Shown here: positions 34,521 through 45,493 of the stretch, piece by piece
Numbering within the stretch: position 1 is the stretch's first letter
Layout of the letters: each line of letters opens with the position of its first letter
Source: an uncultured Nitrososphaeraceae archaeon
GTDB lineage: Archaea; Thermoproteota; Nitrososphaeria; Nitrososphaerales; Nitrososphaeraceae
Length of the DNA: 45,493 nucleotides
Assembly: GCA_963765895.1 (NCBI GenBank)
Contig: CAVXZB010000069.1
Span: 1 to 45,493 of the forward strand
Reading direction: 5' to 3'
Translations under genes and position numbers: made by a program
Notes under the pieces: model-generated
The model's input: the letters and a program-made list of their open reading frames with translations, nothing else
Told to the model about the DNA's origin: nothing
Databases searched by the model: none

Positions 34521-34814
34521 TGTAATATGTCCAAAATCCTATCTATAGCTGGGGTTTATTATCAGTTTTGTCATAAATATACTTAGCATGAGACGAGAAA
34601 ATTTGGTATATGGAGCAGAATTAGAATATGGATGTACCTTAATAAAATCAGTTATTGTGATGGTAAAGCGAGATATCATGATTTATGAAAAAATAAATAA
34701 ATAAATAAATAATTTGTACTAGATCGTGAACCATGAAATTTGCGCTAAAAGAATCTTTACTCCTTATGTGTTATCTTACTACCTTTGTTACTATCGAAAA
34801 ACCGGAGGTAAAAA

Positions 34815-34943
34815 TTAAGTTATAATTACGCCCAAAGCAGGTGTTTCGTTCAGAAAGCCATTGCATGAAGGACATTCTATAGTTAGATAATCTAATTCTT
34901 CAGTGTCAATCGTTGCAAAGCAATGCCTACACTCAAATATCAT
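34815..34943 (-). CDS. 42-aa zinc-ribbon microprotein (not in ORF track)
   Basis: MIFECRHC...ECPSCNG...IIT*. Confidence 0.65.
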   Translation of the reverse strand: MIFECRHCFATIDTEELDYLTIECPSCNGFLNETPALGVIIT

Positions 34944-35846
34944 TTTTATGCACGATCCTTATCTTACGATAGGGTTTATGAGGCTTTCCACTAAGATAAT
35001 TATAGAAGTATATGAGTCACATGTTGCACATTAACCTCTAAATTGATACATGGTCAACATGTTGCACATTGCTATAATCAAAGTTAAAAATATGGCGGCT
35101 TGAATAGTGCTTATCTTTTGAATCCTATGGATGGATTCTTAGTTGGCACAGCACCGGCCATCCGTGGATCATGTACTGATGTATGTACGATTGGTTGATC
35201 CGCTACTGGATCCCGCATATAAACCGGTCATAATCAATACTGGACGAAAAATAATAAAGCGAATACATATTATTCTATAATAAAATGACTAGTCGATTTG
35301 TTAGTCTGCTCTGCCTGCAATTCATAGCCAAATAAACCTTTCAATAAACAAATAGGTTGTCGTTCTCTTTATAAAATACTATGAAATCAATCCAATTGGG
35401 TATGACTAAAGACATGCTGGATGAGATATGTATGGGATGCAAGCCAAACATTCAGTACATGCACATTCACCTGCTGATATAACGATCACCGTAGGAAAAA
35501 TAATAAAGCGAACGCTCATTGTTCGATAAAATAGTACCTATGTGACAATTCTTGAAATATTAACAAACCCCGTAGCAATACAGACACGTACAAATAACCA
35601 AAATAATCACACGTATCTCTCCAAATCCATCGTACGAGTGTATCGTTTTGTAACAATGCTTGAATCTTATCTTTTTTATCTTTTTGAGAAGCTTTACTTC
35701 CAAAGATCTAAGCAATTTTCAAAGCGTTATGGTAATGAATCTCTTTTCCTTCATACATTTATATCATTTGAAGTAGGTTGATGACATCAATAAGATAACA
35801 GCACCTTTAAATCTTTAGACTTGATCATAAAAGCAGATTTGGAAGT

Positions 35847-36425
35847 ATGACTAGAAGTAATACGAAACCGCAAAATATGAAATTAACATTACCTGTAGAC
35901 GAGTCCAGAGATCATATTCTGGGGCAGGCAAACGCACCTGTAACTTTGATAGAATACGGCGATTATGAATGTCCATATTGCGCCCAGGCCTATATTATTA
36001 TTAAAAAAGTCCAAGAGCGTTTAGGAAGTAAATTACGCTTTGTATTTCGTAATTTTCCAGTCACAAAAACTCGTCCCCATGCCTATAAAGCTGCACTAGC
36101 TGCAGAAGCCGCTGCTGCCCAAGGTAAGTTCTGGGAGATGTATGACTATCTTTTCGAACACGGTGAGGCAGTCACAGATGATAGTTTGAGACGATCTGCC
36201 GCAAAGTTAGGATTAGATCTAACCAGATTCGATCGTGAATTTCGTGATAGTGTACACAGTAGCCACATTGATGAGGATATACAAAGTGCCGATAGCAGTG
36301 GAGTAAAAAGTACTCCAACTTTCTTTATCAATGGAGATCGCTATGATGGCAAATGGGACCAAGATAGCCTTCTAAGTGCCCTTGACGAGGAAAGCGTATT
36401 CAGCTGGAATCAGGCAAATAAATAG
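35847..36425 (+). CDS. DsbA-family thioredoxin-fold protein
   Basis: EYGDYECPYC, FRNFP, QGKFWEM, GVKSTPTFFING; TTTAAAT at 35806-35812. Confidence 0.92.
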   Translation: MTRSNTKPQNMKLTLPVDESRDHILGQANAPVTLIEYGDYECPYCAQAYIIIKKVQERLGSKLRFVFRNFPVTKTRPHAYKAALAAEAAAAQGKFWEMYDYLFEHGEAVTDDSLRRSAAKLGLDLTRFDREFRDSVHSSHIDEDIQSADSSGVKSTPTFFINGDRYDGKWDQDSLLSALDEESVFSWNQANK

Positions 36426-36578
36426 CTTGACGTAAAACATTGACTTGACTTATGCCATATTATATCTCTAATAGCCAGCAAATTGGTACATATTTGATCC
36501 CATCTGAATAGAACACTAATTGATTTGTTCAATATAGAATTATATTAATATTAACAAATATCATATATTAATTCTTTA

Positions 36579-36992
36579 TTGATTATTGTAATGACTGTGA
36601 TGTATGGAATATCGCCTCCATCACACCATACTAATACAGGTCAGGGTTCTTTCGACATGGCTAAGGCCTTTTCTGACTTTACTAAGGTTTATCGTACAGA
36701 AGAAGTGACAATATGGCTTACTGGGCCTGTTTCAGTAGGTGTCGTTTTGCTAGTTTACTTCCTTGGAATAAGGAATGAGCATGAAAAAGACCGAAGAGAA
36801 GCTATAAAGGATAGAGCGGAGGAGAACAAGAAATTTTGGACATTACATAAAACAGTCCTAAACGAATTAGTCAATGTTAGTGACTTCTTTGGTGATACTC
36901 AAAAAGGTCAAGATAAGGCTGATAGAGATTGTAAACTTTCCAGATGGTGGTGTCACTATAGGAGTGGAACAAACCAATTAACAAGTTTTTAG
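36579..36992 (+). CDS. hypothetical membrane protein
   Basis: TM segment IWLTGPVSVGVVLLVYFLGI followed by a charged helix; 3' end possibly frameshifted. Confidence 0.5.
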   Translation: MIIVMTVMYGISPPSHHTNTGQGSFDMAKAFSDFTKVYRTEEVTIWLTGPVSVGVVLLVYFLGIRNEHEKDRREAIKDRAEENKKFWTLHKTVLNELVNVSDFFGDTQKGQDKADRDCKLSRWWCHYRSGTNQLTSF

Positions 36993-37068
36993 ATAGATAT
37001 TATCAGATTAATAGCATTACAAATTCTCATCTAGCGTTGATAAAGTAACAAGCTCATTTTTTGAAATT

Positions 37069-37461
37069 ATGGACAACAAAAGTCTTACAATCGTTGCTAC
37101 TTCAGCATTAGCATAATTGTTAGCAAGTAGTACGTCTATGTCTTAGGAGATCGCATTTGCATGTGGACATCACCGTTCTAAATTCATACGGCAAACAGCT
37201 GCACAGACTAATGTTTGTGGAAACGGATTTATGTCGTCCGAAATTAATTGTCAAAATCTAGGCAATCAAATTAACGGAGATTATAACTCAGCTAATATAA
37301 TAGGCATTCGGCCAAGTAGCTCCGGTGGGTTTGATCATGGTAATGATGACCACAATGGTCATAATGATCAGGTTAGCAGCCCAAGTAGTTATATCCCGAG
37401 TGGTAGCCAACCACAGGTGCCAATCCCTAAGTTTTTAAAAATAAAAGGTAGAAAATATTAA
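37069..37461 (+). pseudogene. secreted Asn/Gln-rich protein with two nonsense codons in the leader
   Basis: MDNKSLTIVATSALA*LLASSTSMS*EIAFA...CGNG...INCQNLGNQING, all in one frame. Confidence 0.6.
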
Positions 37462-37714
37462 ATTTTTGCTGGATTCAAAAATTTGAAACTGCAGGTTTAT
37501 GCATCTAGATGATATCTCCTTGTTCTGTGTTTTTGCTATACCTCACCTAATATATTCTCCAAATAGCCTCTTTATGGCAGACATGATTTTGACGCCCCAA
37601 TCATCAAAGTATCTTATTCGACATTCGTTATCAAGAATTTATTCAAGAAAAAGGAAAGCGTCTAGTTAACATTTGATGATACATTATTAGATAAAAATAA
37701 GAAAATGTGATTGT

Positions 37715-38176
37715 TCAGATGCCAAGCATATCTCCAATACTACCACCACCACTACTACCACGACCTTGTTGGCTTCCACCTCCGCCACTTCCCAAAAATC
37801 CACCAAGTATTGATTGAAGTCCATGTGGGTTATTCTTAGATTGCTCATTTAATATGTCAACTCCATGCTGTGTATACTGTCTGGCTTGTTCTGGATCTTG
37901 TATGCCGGTATTTTGTTGTACATGTCTTACTAATTCATGATCTTTGTTTAATCCTCCTAGACTTGATAGGATAGAACCTATACCACCTACGCCGCCTCCG
38001 CTACCTTGTTGGCTACCACCTGTAAGACCGGATAGCATACCGCCTATCCCTCCACTCCCTCCACCCATCATCTTCTGCACTAAGAATCCAATTATCGCAC
38101 GCATTACAGAACTGCCCATTGATTGATCAGCTCCGCTTCTTTGTGAAAACATCCCTGCTAGGCTTTCTATACTCAT
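37715..38176 (-). CDS. Gly-rich hypothetical protein (DUF937/YidB-like)
   Basis: GGIGGMLSGL-type repeats around a helical core. Confidence 0.7.
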   Translation of the reverse strand: MSIESLAGMFSQRSGADQSMGSSVMRAIIGFLVQKMMGGGSGGIGGMLSGLTGGSQQGSGGGVGGIGSILSSLGGLNKDHELVRHVQQNTGIQDPEQARQYTQHGVDILNEQSKNNPHGLQSILGGFLGSGGGGSQQGRGSSGGGSIGDMLGI

Positions 38177-38382
38177 ATTTGTAAGTGAATAAGATATTAT
38201 TTAGCGATTATAACATCGAGAATACATTATTATTAAAATGGAGACTACGATCGAAAGTCTAATGTCTAACCAATTGAGTTCACATGATACTACTAGGCAT
38301 GTGTTATTAGAGCTACGTGATAAATATTACTAACGATGTTCAACCTACTGGTGTAAAAAGGTTTCAGATAAAGTAGGTATCT

Positions 38383-38651
38383 CATAAAATTGAATCATAT
38401 CTGGCATTTCTAGATGTCCGCCAGTTAGAAACACGCGCCGATATACAGACAAAAGTAGAGGATTGAAGGAATTAAATCAATCACTAATACAACGTGATAA
38501 AATAAAGGAAGATGCGATAACACAGTTATCCGGTCATCTTATTGGTCTGACATCAAGGTTACCAGAGCTTGAGAGAAAGAGTGTAAAACCAGATCGAATT
38601 GAATTTGATGATCCTGTTGTCCAGATTTTACAGCTAGTTGTTATGTCTTGA
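38383..38651 (+). pseudogene. probable C-terminal remnant of a tyrosine recombinase/integrase
   Basis: KIESYLAFLDVRQLE..ADIQTKVE then (frameshift) LKELNQSL..RDKIKEDAITQLS resembles the coiled-coil tail of thaumarchaeal integrases, recalled from memory; catalytic domain absent. Confidence 0.45.
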
Positions 38652-38945
38652 CTAGTCTGCATGAATTTTGTTGGTATTAACATCCTTGTACATATATCAT
38701 ATGAAGGACTTTATGATGATGCAAATAGTGTGTTAACATTCTAATGAATTTATTAGCCAGATTAGTTCTAAAGTTACGTGAAGCATAGCAGTATGATATT
38801 ATGGCATAGAACACTAAATAATCCGTCTTATCGTGATGAAACTCGCAGAGAACAACCAGTCTTTATTTCGAAGGTCAAATATGCTAAATACAATTGCGAG
38901 AATAGAATTAATTATAAAGATTTAGATAATCTAGTGTAGTGAGGG

Positions 38946-39188
38946 ATGGGCAGAGTGGTACGTACTTTTGATGTAGACACAGGCGCAGACATTACTACTA
39001 TAGACGAAGAAATTAATTCATTAAAAGTAGATTTGCAGAGTATTGATTCAGAACTAAGACTTATTGTGAATAATCAAAAGAGGCTGAGTCTTTTACTATG
39101 GGATGTTATACGCTCGATTAATGTCATTAATAGAAAAGTAGGGATTCCAGAATTATATTATTACGGAGGTAAACGTAAAAGGTCATAA
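38946..39188 (+). CDS. small coiled-coil protein
   Basis: Heptad pattern IDEEINSLKVDLQSIDSEL; GAGGG immediately upstream of ATG. Confidence 0.55.
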   Translation: MGRVVRTFDVDTGADITTIDEEINSLKVDLQSIDSELRLIVNNQKRLSLLLWDVIRSINVINRKVGIPELYYYGGKRKRS

Positions 39189-39545
39189 TGAGCATAAGGA
39201 CTAGAGATGGGAATCTAGTATCTGACATGGAGATGATTATGATTCCACTACACGGTCTCGCTATACCTTCATCTATTAACTCTTGATCACTAAAAATGAA
39301 CTTGATGGGGCAATAACAGATTACCATGTTAATTAAATCATTTGTAAAGTATCTAGTGCAGATCATATTTGGAAAACTAATCTGGACTGCAGAAGTATCT
39401 TTCCTTCTTCTCTGATTCTTGTTGAAGGAACTTATAATGATGCAACTCACTAGCCTTTCGCTATTTCGTAGTGCCCAATCAATGCATAATATACGGTTAC
39501 TATCATACAGTAGCCTCTAAATACATATTGATACCTAGCTTAGTT

Positions 39546-40427
39546 ATGACGAAAGGAGACAAACAAAAATTCCCTTACAAAGTTTTACAATTTAGTGGGA
39601 AGGATATCACATTTTACCTTGGAGATTGCAGGACTGGAATGCAAGAGTGTCTTAAGGACAAGTCAGTGGACGTAATCGTTACATCTCCGCCCTATAATAT
39701 AGGGCTAAATTATAATGAGAATTACAAGATAATTTATCTCAAGATGAATATTTGAGGTGGATTGAATATGTAGGTATTGAAATAAAAAGAGTGCTAAAAG
39801 ACCAAGGTTCATTATTCCTAAACATAGGAGATATACCGTCAAACCAATGGATAGCTTGGCGAGTAGCAAACCGTCTAGAAAATCACCTTGTACTTCAGAA
39901 TACCGTCATCTGGGTGAAAGCAATCTCTATAAACAAATCTGATGTAGGTAATAATTCTAATGTTAAAGGGGATTTTTCAGTAGGCATCTCAAGCCAGTTC
40001 CTGGTAATAGATACTTGAATAATTGCTATGAATTTATTTTTCATTTTACTAAGAATGGAAATGTAAAATTAGATAAATTAGCAGTTGGTACTCCTTATCA
40101 AGACAAAAGTAATATTAAAAGATGGAAATTCACTAATAATAAAGATAAGCGGGATCGTGGTAATATTTGGTTTATACCTTATGAAACAATTCAAAGCCGA
40201 TCAGAAAGAGGCTATCATCCATCCACGTTCCCTATTCAGCTTCCTGAAATGTGTATAGAGTTACATGGAGTTGCTGAAAAGGATAACCTTGTGGTGTTAG
40301 ATCCATTTTGCGGTACAGGCTCTACTGCTGTTGCTTGTAAAGACTTGGAGTATCTTTTGTTGGATATGATATAGATAAGGGATATCTTGATGAAGCTATA
40401 ACAAGGGTTATGAAAGAATCGACTTAG
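39546..40427 (+). CDS. beta-class N4-C/N6-A DNA methyltransferase; frameshifted
   Basis: VIVTSPPYN precedes HPSTFP and [11 protein letters not shown] (beta motif order); four reading-frame pieces. Confidence 0.92.
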
Positions 40428-40570
40428 AAATATATGAGTTTAGAATCTAGTAAGACAAAGCAATCTAGTCTATCAGATTTTTTGAGATGAGTCAGGATCA
40501 TGGGCTCTGATAGCATATCAAAGAGGCATTGTTATAACTAGATTTATTAAAATACGAAGCTTCTATGCTA

Positions 40571-41074
40571 CTAATCTAACTCAGCTGATAATCTTTTAAT
40601 TAAATATTCTATTGTAACTGGCTTTTCGATAAACATCCAAAACCTACATTACGGTATACTTCTCTTAGAGCTTGAATATTTACTTCTAATGCAGACATAA
40701 AGCATACTCTAATGTTAACATCTAAATCTAATATCTTTTCACATAACTGGAAGCCATCCATGTTTGGCATATAAATATCAGTTAGAAGAAAATCATAAAA
40801 TTGTGGCTTGAATTCTTTCACTACTAACAGAGGATCGTTATATGTGTATACTTCAAATCTTTTCTTCTTGCCACCATCACCAAAATAATAACCATCTATA
40901 CCAGCTTTGAATGTTAATTTTACATCAGGATCATCATCTACAAGAAGGATCCTTTTGATAAATGGTGGTTTTGGAGTTACCTTTGTTTCTGTTTCTAAGA
41001 TGGTATGTAAAATCTGATCCCTGATTTTGTAAGTCAGTTTTTCTGTTCTTTTGCCCTCTAAGATAATCTATCAA
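40571..41074 (-). CDS. response regulator receiver-domain protein; frameshifted
   Basis: KRILLVDDDPD, LLTDIYMPNMDG, FMSA, EKPVT. Confidence 0.88.
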
Positions 41075-41107
41075 ATATACTAGATATATCGTGAAGTCCC
41101 ACACAGA

Positions 41108-41719
41108 TTACTCAAACTCGCTTAGCTTTATTTCGGATCTTTGCTTCCTTTCTACTATTACTATGACAGCCGCGATTGCAACATAGACAATTTGGAATAT
41201 CTCTGTTGGTATATCATATAGTGGTATATTAATTCCACCCGTGGTAATTGGGTTAGGACCTTTGGTTGCAGCATATAGTGCGATTAATGCTATTGTTCCA
41301 CATATTCCTATACAATACCATTTTCTTCCCCATCTTTTTGTCATTGGTATCGACCAAAAAAGTTGTGCCATCCCAGCTACTAAAAAGAAGAATCCCAATT
41401 TAGCTATACTAAAGGTTGCAGTCAATAGACCGGGTCCTACTAATGAACCTATTATTCCGTCCAGTCCCCCTAATACGTGGGATGCAACTACTAAATGCAA
41501 TATTCCGGCCATTGCGATCATAGCTCCAGCCAAATAGTAAAGATAGATCTTTTTATTCCTGATTCCTTTTCTTTCAATCGTCTGTTGCGATCTTTGCTTT
41601 TGTATTCTAAGAATCCTAGTAGCAGATGCAAATACTGGAACTATAGTTGTCGCTGCTGTCATTATTGTCGAATGTGTCTTTTTTCTTGTTGTTCCTAACA
41701 TTATTTTTTTGTTATTCAA
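41108..41719 (-). CDS. multi-pass membrane protein
   Basis: About 4-5 TM helices: AGILHL, FFLVAGMAQLFW, TEIFQIVY. Confidence 0.75.
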   Translation of the reverse strand: MNNKKIMLGTTRKKTHSTIMTAATTIVPVFASATRILRIQKQRSQQTIERKGIRNKKIYLYYLAGAMIAMAGILHLVVASHVLGGLDGIIGSLVGPGLLTATFSIAKLGFFFLVAGMAQLFWSIPMTKRWGRKWYCIGICGTIALIALYAATKGPNPITTGGINIPLYDIPTEIFQIVYVAIAAVIVIVERKQRSEIKLSEFE

Positions 41720-41881
41720 TTTTTCTCAATAGAACTACTTTACGTTCTTATTATTATAAACATGAGGACAGATTTCAACTTTGGATTCCGCATCTGGATT
41801 CCAAAAATGGAATTGAACCACCTATTTTAATATCAGGATCTCATAATAATCAATGTCTTAGAAATTGGAGTGGGATAGAAA

Positions 41882-42202
41882 TTGACATTAATCCAAACCC
41901 AAATCTCGATTATCCAGGCTATTGTATATTTTGTTGCTGCCGCAGTTCCAATCTATCTCTTCTTCATATTAAAAAGACATGACAATAGCTATAATAATCA
42001 TCACTTCCGAAATCTACTAATAGTTCTTGCAGGATTTGTATTAGTTCAGGGTATATACCACTTTGTAGGTGCGGTTGGTTTTAACATGTTGGCTAAAGGA
42101 ATATTGGAACCAATATCTTTTGTCATATTACTTTTATTTGGTATCATCTATTTTGTTACTAATGGATCCATAGTAAAAAAGAGGGATGTTAAAGCACAGT
42201 GA
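41882..42202 (+). CDS. small 3-TM membrane protein
   Basis: Three hydrophobic helices including QGIYHF; overlaps the next gene (GTGA). Confidence 0.7.
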   Translation: MTLIQTQISIIQAIVYFVAAAVPIYLFFILKRHDNSYNNHHFRNLLIVLAGFVLVQGIYHFVGAVGFNMLAKGILEPISFVILLLFGIIYFVTNGSIVKKRDVKAQ

Positions 42203-42543
42203 TACAGATTCAAAGTGAAATCAGCTTTTTGTCTTCAGGCGTGTTAACAATAATTATACTACTCATGACACTGGCTATATTCGGATTGATTACAACAAGA
42301 TATAGAAATATAAGAAGATTTGAATTTCAAATATTCATATTCATTTTGCTCTATATTATAGGTGAGATATTTGAAGTTTACAAATTTCCAATCCTTTCAA
42401 CATCACTACCCTACATTGGACCACAACTTCACATAACTGCAGCGCTATTCTTAGCCATAATGTTATGGTTGAGACTATATTCAAGTAGAAGGAATGAATA
42501 TAAGATGATCGATAAGTTCGAGTCTGTTGAACAGGATGATTAG
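42199..42543 (+). CDS. small 3-TM membrane protein
   Basis: Three hydrophobic helices; GPQLH; translationally coupled to the upstream gene. Confidence 0.7.
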   Translation: MIQIQSEISFLSSGVLTIIILLMTLAIFGLITTRYRNIRRFEFQIFIFILLYIIGEIFEVYKFPILSTSLPYIGPQLHITAALFLAIMLWLRLYSSRRNEYKMIDKFESVEQDD

Positions 42544-42597
42544 AAGGTACTAACGGAAATATGTAAAAAAGCAAATTCCTACGTTTGATTCATAAGA

Positions 42598-43014
42598 CTA
42601 GTCTAATGAGAAGAATCTCCCAACCCACTTTCTTGCAATATCATAGTTTTGCTCAGCTTCTACAATCATCTCATTATTTTCGTATTTTACACTAATGGTC
42701 TTCAATGTAGAGTGGTATAAACTAAATTTCTTTCCAGCATCTGTGATTACGATTTTATCGACTATAAGTAGAGCTTCATTAAGGAGCCATTTTATTTTTC
42801 TGAAAGCAGTTGTATGTGGAATATCATTATTTTCTCGTGTTATATCAATAAAGGATTTTGAATGATTCATAACACAATTCATAATTTTTATCATCTCTTC
42901 ATCAGCCAAAGCAGCAACGAGTGCTCTCTTTACTCTTTGACTTTTGATGATCATTAGTATATCCAAAGGATAATTAACTACAAATACTTGTGTTTTATCT
43001 CCAAATAGAGCCAT
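42598..43014 (-). CDS. winged-HTH (ArsR-like) transcription regulator
   Basis: ALADEEMIKIM...IPHTTAFRKIKWLLNEALL...GKKFSLYHS. Confidence 0.8.
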   Translation of the reverse strand: MALFGDKTQVFVVNYPLDILMIIKSQRVKRALVAALADEEMIKIMNCVMNHSKSFIDITRENNDIPHTTAFRKIKWLLNEALLIVDKIVITDAGKKFSLYHSTLKTISVKYENNEMIVEAEQNYDIARKWVGRFFSLD

Positions 43015-43150
43015 CTATGGTCTAGTCGCCGGTAACTTGTCCCAATAATCTTTTTGATAATCTCTAGTTTCGTCATCTATACCACTTTATGTTCAAGACA
43101 AGAATGGATAGATTGACACTGCCTTATCATGTAATAATCTTTAACTTTAT

Positions 43151-43615
43151 CTACATATCATCTTCTAAACTTTTGATTGTTGCCGCTTTCCTATAATCGA
43201 AGAATTTCTCAAGTCGCTTACATACATAACCTTCAAATAACTTTCCTACAAGGCTATGTGGAAGTTCAAAGTCAACCTCATCTATCACTTCAGTTTGCTT
43301 TTGATCCTCGTTAATGTGAATATCATTGAATTTGTGTAAGTGCCTCCACTTTCTTAATGGGCCAGATAACATTTCATCTAAATATTGATATGGTTTTATG
43401 GATATTATTACGGAATGCCATCTTCTCCTGAAAATCGTTACTCTACCCTCAAGCCAAAATTCCGATCCTTGGATAAGTTTTTGGCTTGTGGCACTAATAA
43501 TTTTGAGTTCTATCTCGGTTGGGGTAATTATTTCAAGATGGTTGATATCTGTATAAAATTCCCAAACTCTATCTATAGGACAATTCACAACGAAACTATG
43601 TCTGAAGGCTCGCAA
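43151..43615 (-). CDS. SRPBCC/START-like ligand-binding protein
   Basis: VWEFYTDINHLEIITP, DEMLSGPLRKWRHLHKF, FFDYRK. Confidence 0.85.
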   Translation of the reverse strand: MRAFRHSFVVNCPIDRVWEFYTDINHLEIITPTEIELKIISATSQKLIQGSEFWLEGRVTIFRRRWHSVIISIKPYQYLDEMLSGPLRKWRHLHKFNDIHINEDQKQTEVIDEVDFELPHSLVGKLFEGYVCKRLEKFFDYRKAATIKSLEDDM

Positions 43616-43897
43616 ATATCATAGAATATTCGCGTGTTAGATATTAAATATCCGTATGTAATTACCAATTTCGAGCTTTCTAGACTCAGTTTCAAACATC
43701 ATTTTAAGTATTCTTTGAGTAGTATTATTTGTAATCCTAATATTCGTCGTAATGTCATTGTTGTTGTATTCATACCAGTATACTAAGCACATGAATGAAG
43801 AACAAATTACCGAGAATTATGTTGAATTATATTGGAATCGCTGTAAAAATAAGAGATGGGAGTGCTCAATATGTTCAGGTTGGACTGTTGTCATCGA

Positions 43898-44545
43898 TTA
43901 TGCTGGTTTAGGAATAACCAATATCTCGCCAACCATGCTCGGAGGATGGTACGTGGGAGTGGTACTTTATTGTTCCAGGTTTGTCCGCAGTAAACGATAC
44001 TGTGTGGATGTGTCCCCTATCAAGTGGAAAGGTTCCAACACCTTCGACAGTTATCACATGATGTGGACCTTGTACTCCTAAGAAATGAAGAGTGACCGTG
44101 TCGCCTTGATTAACGACTATTTGATTTGGAGCAAATGTAAATGCTCTCATATCCCAAGCTCCTACTTTGTTGGGCGGTCTTAACACAAGCCCTGGTCCAG
44201 CAGGAAGCTTAGCATTTGGAAACGTCTCAGCTGGATGCGGTGGAGTATTTTGAGTGCAATTATCACATGCTAGACCCTTATGTATGGTTGTTGTCCCATA
44301 AGGTGTAAATGGACTGATCGAAAAAGTCTTGTTAGTTGATTGGTCGGCGTGACTTTTACAACCGTATTTGTTGCGGGTGTTGTTGTGTTTCTGTTGGTAG
44401 TTTGTGCTAATGCGGTATGCCATGTTTGGCTTTGTATTCCAAGAATCATAGCAACAGATATGATAACTATCACAGTAGTTGCCCTCGCAATTATAATTGA
44501 AGGTTTAGTTGGGTTTTGGTTTATCGGGTTTTGTCGTACGATATG
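43898..44545 (-). CDS. secreted cupredoxin-domain protein; frameshifted
   Basis: Signal segment; FAPNQIVVNQGDTVTLHF, PHH, FTADKPGTIKYH, then HPPSMVGEILVIP* in another frame. Start approximate. Confidence 0.85.
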
Positions 44546-44662
44546 GACAGTTTCTAGTTGTTATAAGTATTTTGATAGCTCGTTGTTACAAAGCTGTGGT
44601 GTTGCGATGGATTCTCACTGCAAAATTTGTAAATAGAATTCCTTCACATCTTAAACGTAGTT

Positions 44663-44959
44663 CTAGAATCTAAAGTCAAGACTGTAAGCCGTTCCCTGTT
44701 CTACCTGAAAATCAGTTACCTTCTTGTTGGTTCCATCAGGATAAGCAATCAATACGACATATTTCCTTGTGGTAACGTAAAGAAGTATTGGCCATCTATT
44801 GAAGCAATTGAATTCACAGTATAACAAGTCTGTTGTTCTCAGTTACCACTGGAGCACCTATAGTTGGCAGTCCTGTTGGCCGACCCATATATCCATGAAA
44901 TCACTCCAGGCGGAGCGAGAGGTTATTGTTTGAACTACCGGAGAAGCACCTTTATTCAT
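44663..44959 (-). pseudogene. carboxypeptidase-regulatory-like (transthyretin-like) domain remnant
   Basis: HGYMGRPTGLPTIGAPV...DGQYFFTLPQG.YVVLIAYPDG...LDFRF*, with frameshifts. Confidence 0.5.
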
Positions 44960-45147
44960 GTTTGGAATAGTCCTCCACTTAAAATGATCTCAGTAACACG
45001 AGATATCCATTATTCCAACTACAGTATAAATTAGAAGTCTGTGATTGTTTAAGCCTCTGGATATCTTCTTTTCTTCTACTGCTCGTTTTTGTTCCTCAAG
45101 TTGTCGTTCCTGCGATAAATAGTAATCATGTATATGTTTACGATCTA

Positions 45148-45493
45148 AAGTTTATGGGACGCACCAAATCCTCCAATCCATCAGTATATTCTCCAGTAAC
45201 TTCTAAAAACGTCTTCAGTCAATCAGGTTTTCTTTGAGCACCTCTAAGAATTAGTTTTTGATTTGTTACGTAATGAGTGCCACTGTCACATATTGCAGGC
45301 ATCATTCCAGTCTTTTGAAATATGAAATCCTTAGCTTTTTGAAGATCATTCCTTCTTCCCACAAGACTTCTAGCATATAGACTGGTGTGACTAGAGGATT
45401 TTCTCTTAGATGAAACAGAAGATCATTTATAACGTCTGCGTCTACTTTTGCAGAGATTCTTTACGTCTTGTTTTGCAATTGCTCAAATTGCTC
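45148..45493 (-). pseudogene. hypothetical protein, disrupted, running off the window end
   Basis: AKVDADVINDLL..LRENP..PVYMLEV, KTGMMPAI.DSGTHYVTNQKL, LEVTGEYT pieces with stops and frameshifts. Confidence 0.5.

Noticed and set aside
34691-34713. (TAAA)n run, and the short tandem duplication at 26292-26317
   Set aside because: Ordinary slippage in AT-rich intergenic DNA.

Overview
AT-rich archaeal chromosome segment. Gene content and protein style (PAC2 chaperone, cyclophilin, pyruvoyl arginine decarboxylase, BluB, F420-type LLM oxidoreductases, many C/H-rich microproteins, cupredoxin) point to a soil ammonia-oxidising archaeon (Nitrososphaeraceae-like); this is inference, not a database result. 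It is an accessory mosaic region. It holds two ~950-bp IS5-family elements in inverted orientation, remnants of a third IS and probably an integrase, and about 40 metabolic, regulatory and membrane genes. It also holds decayed fragments (Usp, isochorismatase, DUF72, pyruvate kinase). Many genes are split by single-base indels, probably largely long-read assembly error; a few carry in-frame nonsense codons that look like real decay. No rRNA, tRNA or CRISPR array was seen. The most notable observations are: a helically phased GTCAAAT repeat array upstream of an HTH/coiled-coil gene; a multi-TM membrane domain fused to a LivK-type solute-binding domain; a candidate composite transposon carrying DUF488; an (ATT)31 microsatellite; unannotated zinc-finger microproteins; and a possible copper-related module. 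All family calls are by motif recognition only.
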